From the IMG/VR virus record IMGVR_UViG_3300020450_000008: a stretch of DNA of 64,000 nt. The stretch is one strand, 5' to 3'. Each line of letters opens with the position of its first letter. Position 1 is the stretch's first letter. Position numbers and translations under genes: made by a program. Shown here piece after piece: positions 44,301 through 53,884 of this stretch. This stretch comes from a virus (lineage: Duplodnaviria; Caudoviricetes). The notes beneath the pieces were generated by a model, which was not told the origin of the DNA, searched no databases, and worked only from the letters and a program-made list of their open reading frames with translations.

Positions 44301-46400
44301 TTCTTAACGAGAGGACTAGAAAATGTAGAAAAAACTATTATTAACAGAGTTGTTCCTTCAGAAACCATAAGAAAGTCTGTAGATGAAAGAATTGTTGATG
44401 TCGCAATAGTTCCATTTATGCGATCAAGGTTAATAAAATTTGATGCTATTGGACTAAGACCAAATACAAGAGTATTTCCATATTTTGATAATGTTGATGT
44501 TTCAGCATTTTGCAGAGAAGAAGCATTTACATTTCATGCACAAGATTCTGATGGTAGTGAATTTGGAAATACCCAAGAGTATGCAACAGCACATCCATCA
44601 GGAAGTACAAATCTTGTAACTGATGGTGAGGGAAGAGTATCTGGATCATTTTTTATACCAAACACTCCATCAATAAGTTTTAGATCTGGCGCAAGAGAAT
44701 TTAAACTTCTTGATATAACCACATCTGATGAAACAAATGCATCAACAAAAGCCGCAGCATTGTTCAATTCAAGTGGAGCAATAGAAAAAAATAGAACTGG
44801 AGTTGTTACGACTAGGCATATAGCTGTTAGTGGAACAGATAAAAATGTACTTTCTGATAAAGTGATTGGTTCTACTGATACTAGAGGACGTATTGATCCT
44901 TTAGCTCAATCATTTTTTGTTAACAATGAAACTGGAGTTTTTGTTTCATCAATAGAACTTTATTTTAAATCAAAAGATGCTGATCTTCCAGTATGGATTC
45001 AATTAGTCCCTGTAGTAAATGGTTCACCATCAAGAGAAGTTATAGTTCCAGGATCAACAAAATATCTTTCATCAACTGCTGTTAATATATCAGATGATGC
45101 CACAACATCAACCACTTTTGAATTCGATGAGCCTATCTTTCTTGATTCATTTACAGAATATGTTATCGTTGTTCAGTCAGATAGTAAGACTTATAAACTA
45201 TGGGCGGCTCAAACAGGAGATTTAAATTTAGGTTCTACTGTTAAAAGAATATGCAAGCAAACAGAGGTTGGTGCATTATTTTTACCACAAAATTCTTACA
45301 AATGGGAACCTGTTTATAATAAAGATTTAAAATTTAAAATTAATAGATGTAAGTTTAACACAGGCGGATCTAACATCGCTATTTTAAATAATGCTGATGT
45401 TCCTCTTAAGCTTTTAGGAAACAATCCAATATCAACTGGATTAGATTCAAACACGATAACTGTTCTTCATCCAGATCATGGTCATGAAGTCGGTGATGTT
45501 GTAACAATAGCTGGTGGAGGTACTATAGGAGGATTAGCAGCTGATGGTGATAAAACAATAACACAAATAGATGGAACTGGTTACACATACGCAGGTTCTG
45601 GAACTGCAAATGCCACAACTTCAGGAGGTGGACTTGATGTTACTGCAACTCAAAATCTAGAATATGATTTAATCAATCCATATATTGAGACTCTTACACC
45701 GCAAAATACATCTGTTTCTGCGCAGATAAAACAAACAACTGCTAAATCATATGCAGGATCTGAAACTGCGTATGTAAAAGATACAAGTTATTTAGACGTA
45801 GTTATCAAACAAAGTAATTATTTAGAGGCACCAAAAAAAGTTACTCATAGAGTAAAAGGAGCTAAATCAGCTCAAGTAAAACTATCATTATCAACCTCAA
45901 ATAATTTTGTATCGCCAATTGTGGACTTACAAAGATCTTCTTTAATATTAATAGGTAATAGAATTGATAAACAAAGTCAATATGCCGCAGGAGCTGGTTT
46001 TAATATACCAATTGATTACGTCGATGAAACAGATAAAAATTCAGGTAGTCATCTATCTAAACACATTACTAAACCAATATCATTACTTACAGATGCTGTA
46101 GGATTGAAAGTATTATTAAGTGCAAATAGACCTTCCGTTGCTGATTTTGATTTATATTACAAGACAATATCAGAGGATCAAATACTTTCAACAATAAAAT
46201 GGAACTTAGCCACAAAAGAAGCTCTAGTACCAAGTGATGAAAATAGATCAGTATTTAGAGAGTATAGATATTTAATAGGAGGCGATGGTGGAACGTTAGT
46301 ACCATTTACAACTTTCCAATTAAAAATTGTATTTAAGTCAACTAATTCAAGTAAAGTTCCTATAATAAAAGACTTAAGAGCAATTGCGTTAGGAGTATAA
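41313..46400 (+). CDS. Large virion structural protein (VrlC/DUF4815-like)
   Basis: YKDDY......HKILF.P..ALQARELTQLQT, APGADR, RT.EESG.Y, DPLAQSF..., GVFVSSIELYF. Confidence 0.8.
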   Translation: MPITFTENIFNSRYKDDYADSDGFHKILFNPRRALQARELTQLQTIIQKEVERFGRNLFKDGAAVNSGGLIINDNYEFVKITDANFPANIIGETFTGQTSNVQIRVLETVASSGSDPNTLYVRYTNSSSGTSGTTPIRLTPGEQIDADNLSVNMTVQTVNTAANPAVGAGVRVSTGSGDFFVQGIFVNAPAQSIIISKYSRDKSIVIGFKVVQDIVTVDDDVSLFDNQGSVPNQTSPGADRHRIRLILTTKDDITATDTFVSIGKIENSKIIDVAIGQNQYGKINDIIAQRTKEESGNYILRPFTVSYDSASSSNLKLTISEGTAYVNGYRVNNPTPTFIDVPRSTSTTTFNNEPISSEYGNFVIATEIKGAADITQFSTQTIATDASNLSGTAIGSCRIRSVEALSDGTFKIYLFDIQMTGNNKFRTARVIGTSATNVSTLKLGLVNNTLVAELFEADKEGLFFSLPRTRPSGIADISFVAQRKFSGTTDGSGNLGISVTAPGETFVNTSDWLVYRNDTGAKITPSSITGNATTSSTIATGVNSTAVSVLVYVQKAQAAPKTKALANHTKTGALAADSDGLGNGITALTLDATDIVGITSIKADSAGGIDVSHMFDLDNGQRDGYYGQGRVILKSNFTSPGTVVATVQHFTHTTTGDFFSANSYSTIPYKTIPSFTSKTGKTFNLRDVLDFRSVKDVSGAFTGSGARVIELPKNTDVITADNSYYMPRNDKIVISETGDLKVIQGASAIVPKFPDTPANTMELYRVKMGANTLDATDVAYDQVSKQGYTMKDIGKIEKRVEKLEELHSLSLLEIDTNKLSIVDSAGNERIKAGFVVDNFIDHFHSDISNTEYRASVDPKDHTLHPGFFENNIGLVFDSTDVDTSGVTRKGDNLYVSFTDSSYISQDQASITLDVNSFDTFQFNGNITLSPSSDEWKEEGVGTKAISGGTKLSNDQNELWNSWEWNWIGTDANGLDVTEDGTSEIDTRSFSERTGAFLTRGLENVEKTIINRVVPSETIRKSVDERIVDVAIVPFMRSRLIKFDAIGLRPNTRVFPYFDNVDVSAFCREEAFTFHAQDSDGSEFGNTQEYATAHPSGSTNLVTDGEGRVSGSFFIPNTPSISFRSGAREFKLLDITTSDETNASTKAAALFNSSGAIEKNRTGVVTTRHIAVSGTDKNVLSDKVIGSTDTRGRIDPLAQSFFVNNETGVFVSSIELYFKSKDADLPVWIQLVPVVNGSPSREVIVPGSTKYLSSTAVNISDDATTSTTFEFDEPIFLDSFTEYVIVVQSDSKTYKLWAAQTGDLNLGSTVKRICKQTEVGALFLPQNSYKWEPVYNKDLKFKINRCKFNTGGSNIAILNNADVPLKLLGNNPISTGLDSNTITVLHPDHGHEVGDVVTIAGGGTIGGLAADGDKTITQIDGTGYTYAGSGTANATTSGGGLDVTATQNLEYDLINPYIETLTPQNTSVSAQIKQTTAKSYAGSETAYVKDTSYLDVVIKQSNYLEAPKKVTHRVKGAKSAQVKLSLSTSNNFVSPIVDLQRSSLILIGNRIDKQSQYAAGAGFNIPIDYVDETDKNSGSHLSKHITKPISLLTDAVGLKVLLSANRPSVADFDLYYKTISEDQILSTIKWNLATKEALVPSDENRSVFREYRYLIGGDGGTLVPFTTFQLKIVFKSTNSSKVPIIKDLRAIALGV

Positions 46401-46401
46401 A

Positions 46402-46617
46402 ATGAAACTAGTTAAAGTTGATAACAATTCAAATTTAGTAAAAGACGAAGAAACTGGTGCAGTTTTAAATAATAATGTTGAAGACGTAGAAAAGGCAAAA
46501 GAAATAAAAGAAAAAAGAATTGAAAAAGAAGAAGAACTTGTTCAATTAAAAAATGATGTAAGCGAGTTAAAAGATATGATGAAACAACTATTAGAAAAGA
46601 TGAATAACGATGGCTAG
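46402..46617 (+). CDS. Small conserved coiled-coil protein
   Basis: LVKDEETGAVLN...LKNDVSELKDMMKQLL. Confidence 0.7.
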   Translation: MKLVKVDNNSNLVKDEETGAVLNNNVEDVEKAKEIKEKRIEKEEELVQLKNDVSELKDMMKQLLEKMNNDG

Positions 46618-47095
46618 AAAAACTTTTGTAGATTTAAGCGACACACTAAACGCTTTTAGAGTTAAGGCAAACCTAATCTCGTTCAATGTTGGAGATTTGG
46701 ATAGTCTTGCGGCATCACTACCTGATTCAGATTTAGTTCAAGCTATTAATCATTTAAACGGAGCTATTAGTGGAAATGACTCAGATATTGCGGCTCTACA
46801 AACATTTATTGGATTTGGTGGTGGAGGAGGAACAAGCCTTCTTCAACAAATATTAAATAATGATTCTGATATTGCTTCTTTACAAGTTGCAGATTCAGAT
46901 CTTTTAAATTTACAATCACAGATAACTAGCAATGATTCTGATATTGTTAATTTACAATCACAGATAACTGGTAATGATTCTGATATTGCTGCGATTAATA
47001 ATACTGGTTTAATAAGAACAGCAAGCTTAGCTATATTGAGATCTGATGGAAATGTAGTTAAAAGGATTTTTGGTTATACTGATTCAGGAGTATAA
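46610..47095 (+). CDS. Short fibritin/whisker-like coiled-coil protein
   Basis: DT.NAFRVK.N start; repeated (I/T)xxNDSDIxxLQ heptad pairs. Confidence 0.6.
   Translation: MARKTFVDLSDTLNAFRVKANLISFNVGDLDSLAASLPDSDLVQAINHLNGAISGNDSDIAALQTFIGFGGGGGTSLLQQILNNDSDIASLQVADSDLLNLQSQITSNDSDIVNLQSQITGNDSDIAAINNTGLIRTASLAILRSDGNVVKRIFGYTDSGV
46907..46990 (+). repeat. 42-bp tandem repeat, two copies (14 aa = two heptads)
   Basis: AATTTACAATCACAGATAACTAGCAATGATTCTGATATTGTT / ...ACTGGTAATGATTCTGATATTGCT. Confidence 0.85.
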
Positions 47096-47097
47096 CA

Positions 47098-48114
47098 ATG
47101 GCTTTTCGAAGACCTCTTAAAATTGAGAATGACAATCTTAAAGAAATGTCAGACGATGATATTCATAAATTACGTTTAAGAGCAATTGTTAATCATGGAA
47201 GAAAAAATTCAGTAAAAGTAAGTTACGTTTCAAATGGTGGTAACCTTGGAATTCTTCGTGATACAAGAAGAGTATCTACTAATGTTGTAGATCTTCAGAC
47301 AGCAGATTCTAATACTGCATCATCAACTACTCTTATCGAAACAAATTTCAGACACATGGATCTTCAGTATGATTCTCATTTCATGATGAGAATGGCTGAT
47401 AGTAATCTTATGAAATATCCTGTATTTTTTGACAGCGCGCTTGATGGTCAGCCTGAAGGCATAAGAGCAATGACCGAAACTGATTTTTATGATACCATAA
47501 TAAAGCCTGCAATAGATATAATTACAACTGGTAACATAAGTGACTCAACACAAGGGATCTACTATTTAAAAACGACAAACACTCCTACTTCAACTTTGAT
47601 AAATTCAAGTCCTATATTTACCGATACTACAGCAGATGTAACAAAATTCAATACCAAAGACAGTGCGGGTGAGTTTGTAGAACCATTAGACCAGCCAAGA
47701 ATTGAGCAAAATTATTACTTACATAAAGTTCAGTCAGACTCTGCTATATCACCTGGTGATAGACTTGCAAGACCTCTTCTTATTGGTGATATAAGTAATC
47801 ATGGTACAATTCAAGAAATGGATAGTAATTCTATTGATGATATGTTATGGCGAGGAATAAGATATGTTTCTCGAGATGTGAATGGTCATAAAATACGATA
47901 TCATATTGATTCAAGTTATTCTTCAGCGCCTGGAGGTAATAGAGTAGGAACTCTTGCTGTTGATAAATTTTATGACGCAGAAAAATTTATACAAAGACCA
48001 GTTGATTCAGCTGGCAATTCATATGGTGGATATGTTCCTTTTAGTGATACTGCAGATTCGACAAACTCACTTAGAATAAAAAGGGATTACGCTCTTAAAA
48101 TAACAAAAGAATAA
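47098..48114 (+). CDS. Hypothetical virion protein, Asp-Ser rich
   Basis: MAFRRPLK...LKEMS start; in late operon; 11 DS dipeptides. Confidence 0.65.
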   Translation: MAFRRPLKIENDNLKEMSDDDIHKLRLRAIVNHGRKNSVKVSYVSNGGNLGILRDTRRVSTNVVDLQTADSNTASSTTLIETNFRHMDLQYDSHFMMRMADSNLMKYPVFFDSALDGQPEGIRAMTETDFYDTIIKPAIDIITTGNISDSTQGIYYLKTTNTPTSTLINSSPIFTDTTADVTKFNTKDSAGEFVEPLDQPRIEQNYYLHKVQSDSAISPGDRLARPLLIGDISNHGTIQEMDSNSIDDMLWRGIRYVSRDVNGHKIRYHIDSSYSSAPGGNRVGTLAVDKFYDAEKFIQRPVDSAGNSYGGYVPFSDTADSTNSLRIKRDYALKITKE

Positions 48115-48129
48115 AATGGGATTTATATT

Positions 48130-48555
48130 ATGGCATTATTCTCAAAAGGTTTCGTAACCGCAAACTTTGTTGACCCCTCAAAATCAGTAATACAAGTAAT
48201 TTATAAAGAAGGCGATGAATTCGTTAATCACTATGTAGATAACGCATGGGGTCATCCGGAGTTTGAAGCTTTACTAAAATTAATTGACCTTGAAGAAATA
48301 GAAAAGAAATGGGACGAAGGTATGAGATCTCAAGAAGAAACTCAAACCAAAGAAAAAAGCCCACTTGAGACATCAGAAGGTGTAATCAATTTTATAACAG
48401 AAAATAATACTAATATAAAATATGTTTTTCCTTTTAAAGTTCAAGCATTAAAAATAGCAACGACAAAAGAAGATAAAAAGAATATTCAAAGTGCAAAAAC
48501 AATATTTGAAGTTATCTCAATATTAGCAGATCATGAAAGGTCTGTAAATGGCTAA
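48130..48555 (+). CDS. Hypothetical protein
   Basis: 141-aa ORF. Confidence 0.6.
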   Translation: MALFSKGFVTANFVDPSKSVIQVIYKEGDEFVNHYVDNAWGHPEFEALLKLIDLEEIEKKWDEGMRSQEETQTKEKSPLETSEGVINFITENNTNIKYVFPFKVQALKIATTKEDKKNIQSAKTIFEVISILADHERSVNG

Positions 48556-49306
48556 CTATATTGTTTACCTTCAATGGGGTGAAAGATACACACAACAACA
48601 CATTGATAGATTATTTGATCAAGTAAATAAAAATTGCTCAGTTCCTTTTGAATTTATGACAATGAGACAATGTCATGTCGGTGATGATTTTAATCATTTA
48701 CAATACATACAAAATCAAACTTATAGAGGTGATGGTGATCCAGAGTCTTCTATAACAGAGGAAACACAATCTATACTAAGAGAAGATGCTGGTGGGATGT
48801 GTCATTTTAGAAAATTTTTAATGTTTAGATATGATTGGGATTATTTTGAAGATGATGATACTATTTTATACTTGGATTTAGATTCAATAATACTAAAAGA
48901 TCTAGCATATTTTTTCGAACTCAAAAATGATAAACCTTGGATAGCTCGAAGTTATGATATGGATGAGAATGGTATGTGGCAAAGATTATACAGATACAGA
49001 AGCTGTCCATATTATAATAGTTCTGTTCTGGTTTGGAAGCCAGGACAAAATAGAAAGATTATTAATGAATTTAAAAGATCAGATATTGTATACAAAAATT
49101 TTTATCAGTATGGAATGATAGATAATTGGCTACATCATAGATTTGGACCTTGGGCCTACAATGATAAAAACCGTAATTGGTTTAATACATATCCTCCTGA
49201 TATTGTTAATACTAATGACAATAAAGTACTTACAGATGACACTATAATTAGATCCCTTGCGGGTATGACACAAAAAGAAAAGGATGAAATATTATGCTTG
49301 TCATAA
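48548..49306 (+). CDS. GT-A glycosyltransferase-like
   Basis: LQWGERY, ILYLDLDSII, YNSSVLVW. Confidence 0.7.
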   Translation: MANYIVYLQWGERYTQQHIDRLFDQVNKNCSVPFEFMTMRQCHVGDDFNHLQYIQNQTYRGDGDPESSITEETQSILREDAGGMCHFRKFLMFRYDWDYFEDDDTILYLDLDSIILKDLAYFFELKNDKPWIARSYDMDENGMWQRLYRYRSCPYYNSSVLVWKPGQNRKIINEFKRSDIVYKNFYQYGMIDNWLHHRFGPWAYNDKNRNWFNTYPPDIVNTNDNKVLTDDTIIRSLAGMTQKEKDEILCLS

Positions 49307-49920
49307 AAGAAGAAGATGCTGGTTTATTTGAATCATTAAAAAACGCTTTTTTTAGATTAGACGGTAAGTATCAATTTTTAAGAGAAGAATTTTTAAAAAG
49401 TTTATCGCCAAGAATCATGCAAAGAACTATCTGGTGTTATGATGAGCTAGAAAAGTTGCGTATGGAATTTAAGAAGATTGGCGTATTGAACAGTGGTTAT
49501 CAGCATTTCCAAGGGATGTTTTGGAAACAACTTAAAGCCGAACATGTTTTTCTTTATAACCTGGATGAAAATGTAAAACATATTAATTGGGCTACTTTAG
49601 ATTATTTAAAAAAAGATAATATTCAATTAAACCAAAGAACTTTAGACATAACTATTGATAAACAATTCATAGATAATCCAGATTTGCTAGTAAACCTATC
49701 TTGTGAAAATACTTTTGACATGGCTGGATCTTGGGAAAAAGATTCATTCAATTCGCAGCCTATATATGCATTCAGTGGTACAAGACTTTATGAAAGAGGT
49801 CACATTAATTTTTGTGATAATTTAAAAGAATTTAAAAACACTCTTCCAAAATTTGATGAGATACTATATGAAGCTGAAAGAGAAGACTGTTTTTTTGTTA
49901 TAGGAAAATTTAATGAATAG
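49294..49920 (+). CDS. Methyltransferase-like protein
   Basis: IGVLNSG, YNLDE, LLVNLSCENT, RGHINFC. Confidence 0.5.
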   Translation: MLVIKEEDAGLFESLKNAFFRLDGKYQFLREEFLKSLSPRIMQRTIWCYDELEKLRMEFKKIGVLNSGYQHFQGMFWKQLKAEHVFLYNLDENVKHINWATLDYLKKDNIQLNQRTLDITIDKQFIDNPDLLVNLSCENTFDMAGSWEKDSFNSQPIYAFSGTRLYERGHINFCDNLKEFKNTLPKFDEILYEAEREDCFFVIGKFNE

Positions 49921-50572
49921 AATAATTTGTGCTAAGTGGGGTGATTATCAAGATAATACTATAACACAGTTATTTAATAATGTAAAGGAAAAAAGTTCAG
50001 TTCCTTTTACTTTTGAGTGTTTTACTGAATTTAGCGATGAATTTGATAAGTACCAGTATCAAAGAGATCACTGTCATCATTGGGATCAAGGTGGTCTTCC
50101 ACATGCTAATAAACTTCAGCTATTTAAATTAGATGAAAAGTTTGATAAAGAAGACAAAATACTTTATCTTGATCTTGACGTAACGATTACTGATGATATA
50201 GGTTACTTTTTTGAATTACCAAATGATAAGCCTTATATAATTTACAATCACTGGTGGTATGAACAGAATGATGATTGGAAAAGACAGTATAATATTGCGC
50301 ATTGTCCTTTATATAATAGTTCTGTAATGCTTTGGAAACCAGGACAAAATAAACCCATATATAGCTTTGTAAAAGAAAATACTGATAAAATATTTTTTAC
50401 GTATAGAGGAATAGATACCTTTATGTTTCATACATTTGGTCCATACTGTACAAAACCCAGAGCCAATCACTTTAATTATTTTAATGACGGCATAATTACA
50501 TCAGAAAGACTTCATGGTGAGGCAACGGGGATCGTTCATTCTTACGAAGGAATAGAAAAGAATGGAATATAA
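49913..50572 (+). CDS. GT-A glycosyltransferase-like (paralog of 48548)
   Basis: CAKWG, NKLQLF, ILYLDLDV, YNSSVMLWKPGQN. Confidence 0.7.
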   Translation: MNRIICAKWGDYQDNTITQLFNNVKEKSSVPFTFECFTEFSDEFDKYQYQRDHCHHWDQGGLPHANKLQLFKLDEKFDKEDKILYLDLDVTITDDIGYFFELPNDKPYIIYNHWWYEQNDDWKRQYNIAHCPLYNSSVMLWKPGQNKPIYSFVKENTDKIFFTYRGIDTFMFHTFGPYCTKPRANHFNYFNDGIITSERLHGEATGIVHSYEGIEKNGI

Positions 50573-51140
50573 ATTTGCTGAAAGACTAGAAAGAGTTTTA
50601 AATAAAACTATTTGGTCATACCCTTTTGCCATTGAGCATGTACGTGATCAATTAGGAACTACAGAATTTAAGATTCAAAGATGGTGGGCTGATAAAATTG
50701 ACCTTAACGAAAAACGTGTCAATATATTAAACTCTGGCATTGGTTTTTATTCAGTTCCTTTTGCAGAAGAAAAAGGAGCAATTGAAATAAACACATACGA
50801 TATGGATCCTATGACTAGAGAAATAATTACTGGTAGTAATCATAATATTTGTAACACGATATTTGATATAGATGATATTAGTGAAGCAGAAGTTTGGATC
50901 AATACGAGTTGCGAACATACCTATCCTATGTATGATATAATTCCAAAAGGAACAACATGTGTAATGAGTTCTAATAATTTAAGAAAAAGAGGACATATTA
51001 ATCCCGCTTCTAGCCTTGATGAATTTAAAGAACAATTATATATTTCTGAATTGATAGAAATGGACATTTTAACTTTTGATTTTGAAGATGATGAAGGCAA
51101 AAGAAGTTATGACCAATACTTAGTGATAGGAGTAAAGTGA
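50562..51140 (+). CDS. Methyltransferase-like protein
   Basis: ILNSGIG, TYDMDP, WINTSCEH, SNN, GHINPA. Confidence 0.55.
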   Translation: MEYKFAERLERVLNKTIWSYPFAIEHVRDQLGTTEFKIQRWWADKIDLNEKRVNILNSGIGFYSVPFAEEKGAIEINTYDMDPMTREIITGSNHNICNTIFDIDDISEAEVWINTSCEHTYPMYDIIPKGTTCVMSSNNLRKRGHINPASSLDEFKEQLYISELIEMDILTFDFEDDEGKRSYDQYLVIGVK

Positions 51141-52003
51141 AAGAAGTAAATGGGCATGAACTTATTCCATGGGGTAAACCATGGTTTATTGAATCCTTAC
51201 TTGATTATAGAGGCAATATAACTTTTTTTGATCAAGAAAAAATACCTACTAAAAAAGAAATCATTGATATATTAACTGTGGTTCACGAAAGAATGCCTCA
51301 CAATAATATGAAATGGCATTACAAATTAAAAGTTTTAGGACCTGATGATGAGGAAATAAAAAGAAAACTTACAATAGGTTCGGTATGTCTTGAAAATGGA
51401 AGAGGTGCTGTAAAAAAATTTGATACACCAGAAAAATGGAAACCAATAGAAGAAGCTTATGATAAATGGAGAGCATACCAATTAGATGAAACAAGATGGA
51501 AGCAAAATAAGCACCATGTATGTGAAGATGGAACAATCATACCTTTTCCACACCAAGGATCCGATAATCCAGATATTAAAGGATTTAACGAGCAACTAAG
51601 AGCACCATGGGTAATATTATATCAAAAGGGAAAAAATAATTTATATCCAAGTATAAAGAAAAAAACACTTAAGTTATATGAACGGGGTGGTTGGGATAGT
51701 AAAGTAAAATCAGGAGAAATAGATATGAACATGGCGGCTATACAAATGGGACAGCACAGTACATTGACCTCATTGTTAGCATTAGAAGCTGGATTTGATG
51801 TATCTTATTGTAAATGTTTATTTCAGCCAGGACTAAAACAACTACAAATAGATGAAACAGATTTTGCACTTTCAATAGGTTATCCTACTTTACCTAGAAG
51901 ATCTCACTCACTGAGCTCTATACTACCTCCTTGTGAGGGTTATAAATATTCCGGAAGGCTTGGTAGATACCGACCAAAAATAAATGAAATAATTGAATGG
52001 TAA
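51137..52003 (+). CDS. Nitroreductase-fold protein
   Basis: R...F...IP....I..IL...MP, APWVIL, LALEAGFDVSYC, ALSIGY. Confidence 0.5.
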   Translation: MKEVNGHELIPWGKPWFIESLLDYRGNITFFDQEKIPTKKEIIDILTVVHERMPHNNMKWHYKLKVLGPDDEEIKRKLTIGSVCLENGRGAVKKFDTPEKWKPIEEAYDKWRAYQLDETRWKQNKHHVCEDGTIIPFPHQGSDNPDIKGFNEQLRAPWVILYQKGKNNLYPSIKKKTLKLYERGGWDSKVKSGEIDMNMAAIQMGQHSTLTSLLALEAGFDVSYCKCLFQPGLKQLQIDETDFALSIGYPTLPRRSHSLSSILPPCEGYKYSGRLGRYRPKINEIIEW

Positions 52004-52925
52004 AACTATGAAGAAGCGAATAATATTTTCAATGTATATTGATATTCCCGAAGACAAACTTGATGAAACAGGATATTCAAGAAGTGCTGCTGGTAATAGA
52101 CATCGAACTCCAAGAGCGGCGGAAACCAAAGACAAACTTAAAGCATTTAAAAATCATTTAATGTGGACACAAAAGGCTTATGCTGATCAGTGTGATGCTG
52201 ATTATATGCTTTTTGTTACTGATAAAATGTGGTTGGATTACTATATTAAATGTAGACAATATCATGATAAAATACCAATGTATCATATACTTAATTATTA
52301 TAAGCATCATTTGATGTATGTTTTAGCCGATGAATATGATGAAGTTTTTTATTGTGATATTGATATAATTCCTGTTACTAAAGAAAACATATTTGAAGTA
52401 CATGATATGTCTTACTTTTGGTCAAAAAATAATAATGAATTGGCTGAATATGGAAAAAATTGTGATCTTACAGAATATTTAAGTTGCGATAGAAATCCAG
52501 CAACTAAATATTGGAATGCATACGCATTACTTTTACAAGAAGGTTATGAACCTGAATGCGATGTAATTAATACTGGAACTATGATAGGTGGTAAACAAGT
52601 TATAAAAGAAGTCAACTGGCCAAATGAGCTTCCAGTTCTAATTGAAAAATTAAAATATTTACAAGAAGATAAAACCACTATGTTTCCAGATGCCTTACAT
52701 AGTAGATTTGCTTTTGATAATGAAACAATGTTTAGCTATCTTATTAAAGCAAAGGGTTTTAAATATGCATCTCTTACCGATGCATGGCATGGAAGATTGC
52801 CTGACAATGGAATAAATCCTGATCATAAAATTATTCATGCGATTAATAAGAAATTTGAATTTATTTGGCCAGATGCATATTCTGAATATGATGGTCGAAG
52901 CTTTGATGAAACCAGGCCATATTAA
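51993..52925 (+). CDS. GT-A glycosyltransferase-like (paralog of 19645)
   Basis: IIFSMYID, YKHHLM, EVFYCDID, INTG, NETMFSYL, HAINKKF. Confidence 0.6.
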   Translation: MNGKTMKKRIIFSMYIDIPEDKLDETGYSRSAAGNRHRTPRAAETKDKLKAFKNHLMWTQKAYADQCDADYMLFVTDKMWLDYYIKCRQYHDKIPMYHILNYYKHHLMYVLADEYDEVFYCDIDIIPVTKENIFEVHDMSYFWSKNNNELAEYGKNCDLTEYLSCDRNPATKYWNAYALLLQEGYEPECDVINTGTMIGGKQVIKEVNWPNELPVLIEKLKYLQEDKTTMFPDALHSRFAFDNETMFSYLIKAKGFKYASLTDAWHGRLPDNGINPDHKIIHAINKKFEFIWPDAYSEYDGRSFDETRPY

Positions 52926-53593
52926 TGAAAGTATTTTGTTTAAGAATCGGGAACAAGTATGGACCCGAATATGAAAGATATATTGAAAAAAAGTTAGAAG
53001 ATTATGATTTAACTTGGGTTAGAGAGCCTCTTGATAAACGTGTCGCTTTACAATGGAATAAAATGTTTTTGATGGGTCTTGATATTGATGAGCCCATATG
53101 TGTAATTGACATTGATTTAATATTTCTCAATGACTATAAAAAGTTATTTGATTATCCAATACGCAGAGGTCAGTTTTTAACAATAAGAGCTTGGTGGGAT
53201 TCGTATCAAGATTTTAAAATCAATGGTGGTTTTTTTAAATATTACCCAAAAGACTGTAAATTTATGTTAGATAAGTTTATTAGCAATATTGAATATTGGC
53301 AAAGGATTTATATTACTAAAGGATTAACAACAGGTCCTGTGAATGGAGAACAATTTTTTGTAGAACAACATGCTGTTGAAGAACTCGACATACTTACATT
53401 TGATGATAGATGGGTAACCAACTGGAGTAATACTCCTGATTGGAATAATCAAGTTCATACTAAATATAAACAATATTATAATGAAACTTTAATTAGCGAT
53501 GATAAATTTAATGACCATATTAAATTAATACACTTTACAACTTCCAGAAACAAACCACATGAATGTGAACTGTTTAGCCACTTGTACACTTGA
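52925..53593 (+). CDS. GT-A glycosyltransferase-like
   Basis: IGNKYG..Y, WNKM, VIDID, INGG, GEQ.F, IKLIHF. Confidence 0.65.
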   Translation: MKVFCLRIGNKYGPEYERYIEKKLEDYDLTWVREPLDKRVALQWNKMFLMGLDIDEPICVIDIDLIFLNDYKKLFDYPIRRGQFLTIRAWWDSYQDFKINGGFFKYYPKDCKFMLDKFISNIEYWQRIYITKGLTTGPVNGEQFFVEQHAVEELDILTFDDRWVTNWSNTPDWNNQVHTKYKQYYNETLISDDKFNDHIKLIHFTTSRNKPHECELFSHLYT

Positions 53594-53598
53594 ATCTG

Positions 53599-53668
53599 TA
53601 TAAATATAGTTAAATCTTGAGGTTTAGAAACCTCTTGAGAAGACTCATACAGCTAGGAGTAAAAATAA
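53599..53668 (+). promoter_or_regulatory. Late promoter TATAAATA plus structured leader (GAGGTT-TAGA-AACCTC hairpin)
   Basis: Consensus at 53599-53606; hairpin at 53619-53634. Confidence 0.7.
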
Positions 53669-53875
53669 ATGGCACAACAGATTATAAACATTGGTGCAAT
53701 TGCCAATGATGGAACAGGTGATGATCTTAGAACTGCTGGTAACAAGATCAATCAAAACTTCACTGAACTATATTTAAAAGATTCTGATGGCATTATTGAC
53801 AAAGCCGAACTGCAAGCAGCAATGAATGCTTCAGATAGTTTTGGCTCCTTTAAGTCCGCAATACTTGCACTTTAA
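53669..53875 (+). CDS. Small protein with gp9/gp10-type baseplate N-terminal motif
   Basis: INIGAIANDGTGDDLRTAGNKINQNFTELY. Confidence 0.75.
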   Translation: MAQQIINIGAIANDGTGDDLRTAGNKINQNFTELYLKDSDGIIDKAELQAAMNASDSFGSFKSAILAL

Positions 53876-53884
53876 GGAGATGAT

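Noticed and set aside
46850-46990. Short DNA repeats as a possible CRISPR or DGR template
   Set aside because: They are in-frame coding heptad repeats with no unique spacers; no reverse transcriptase or cas gene is present.
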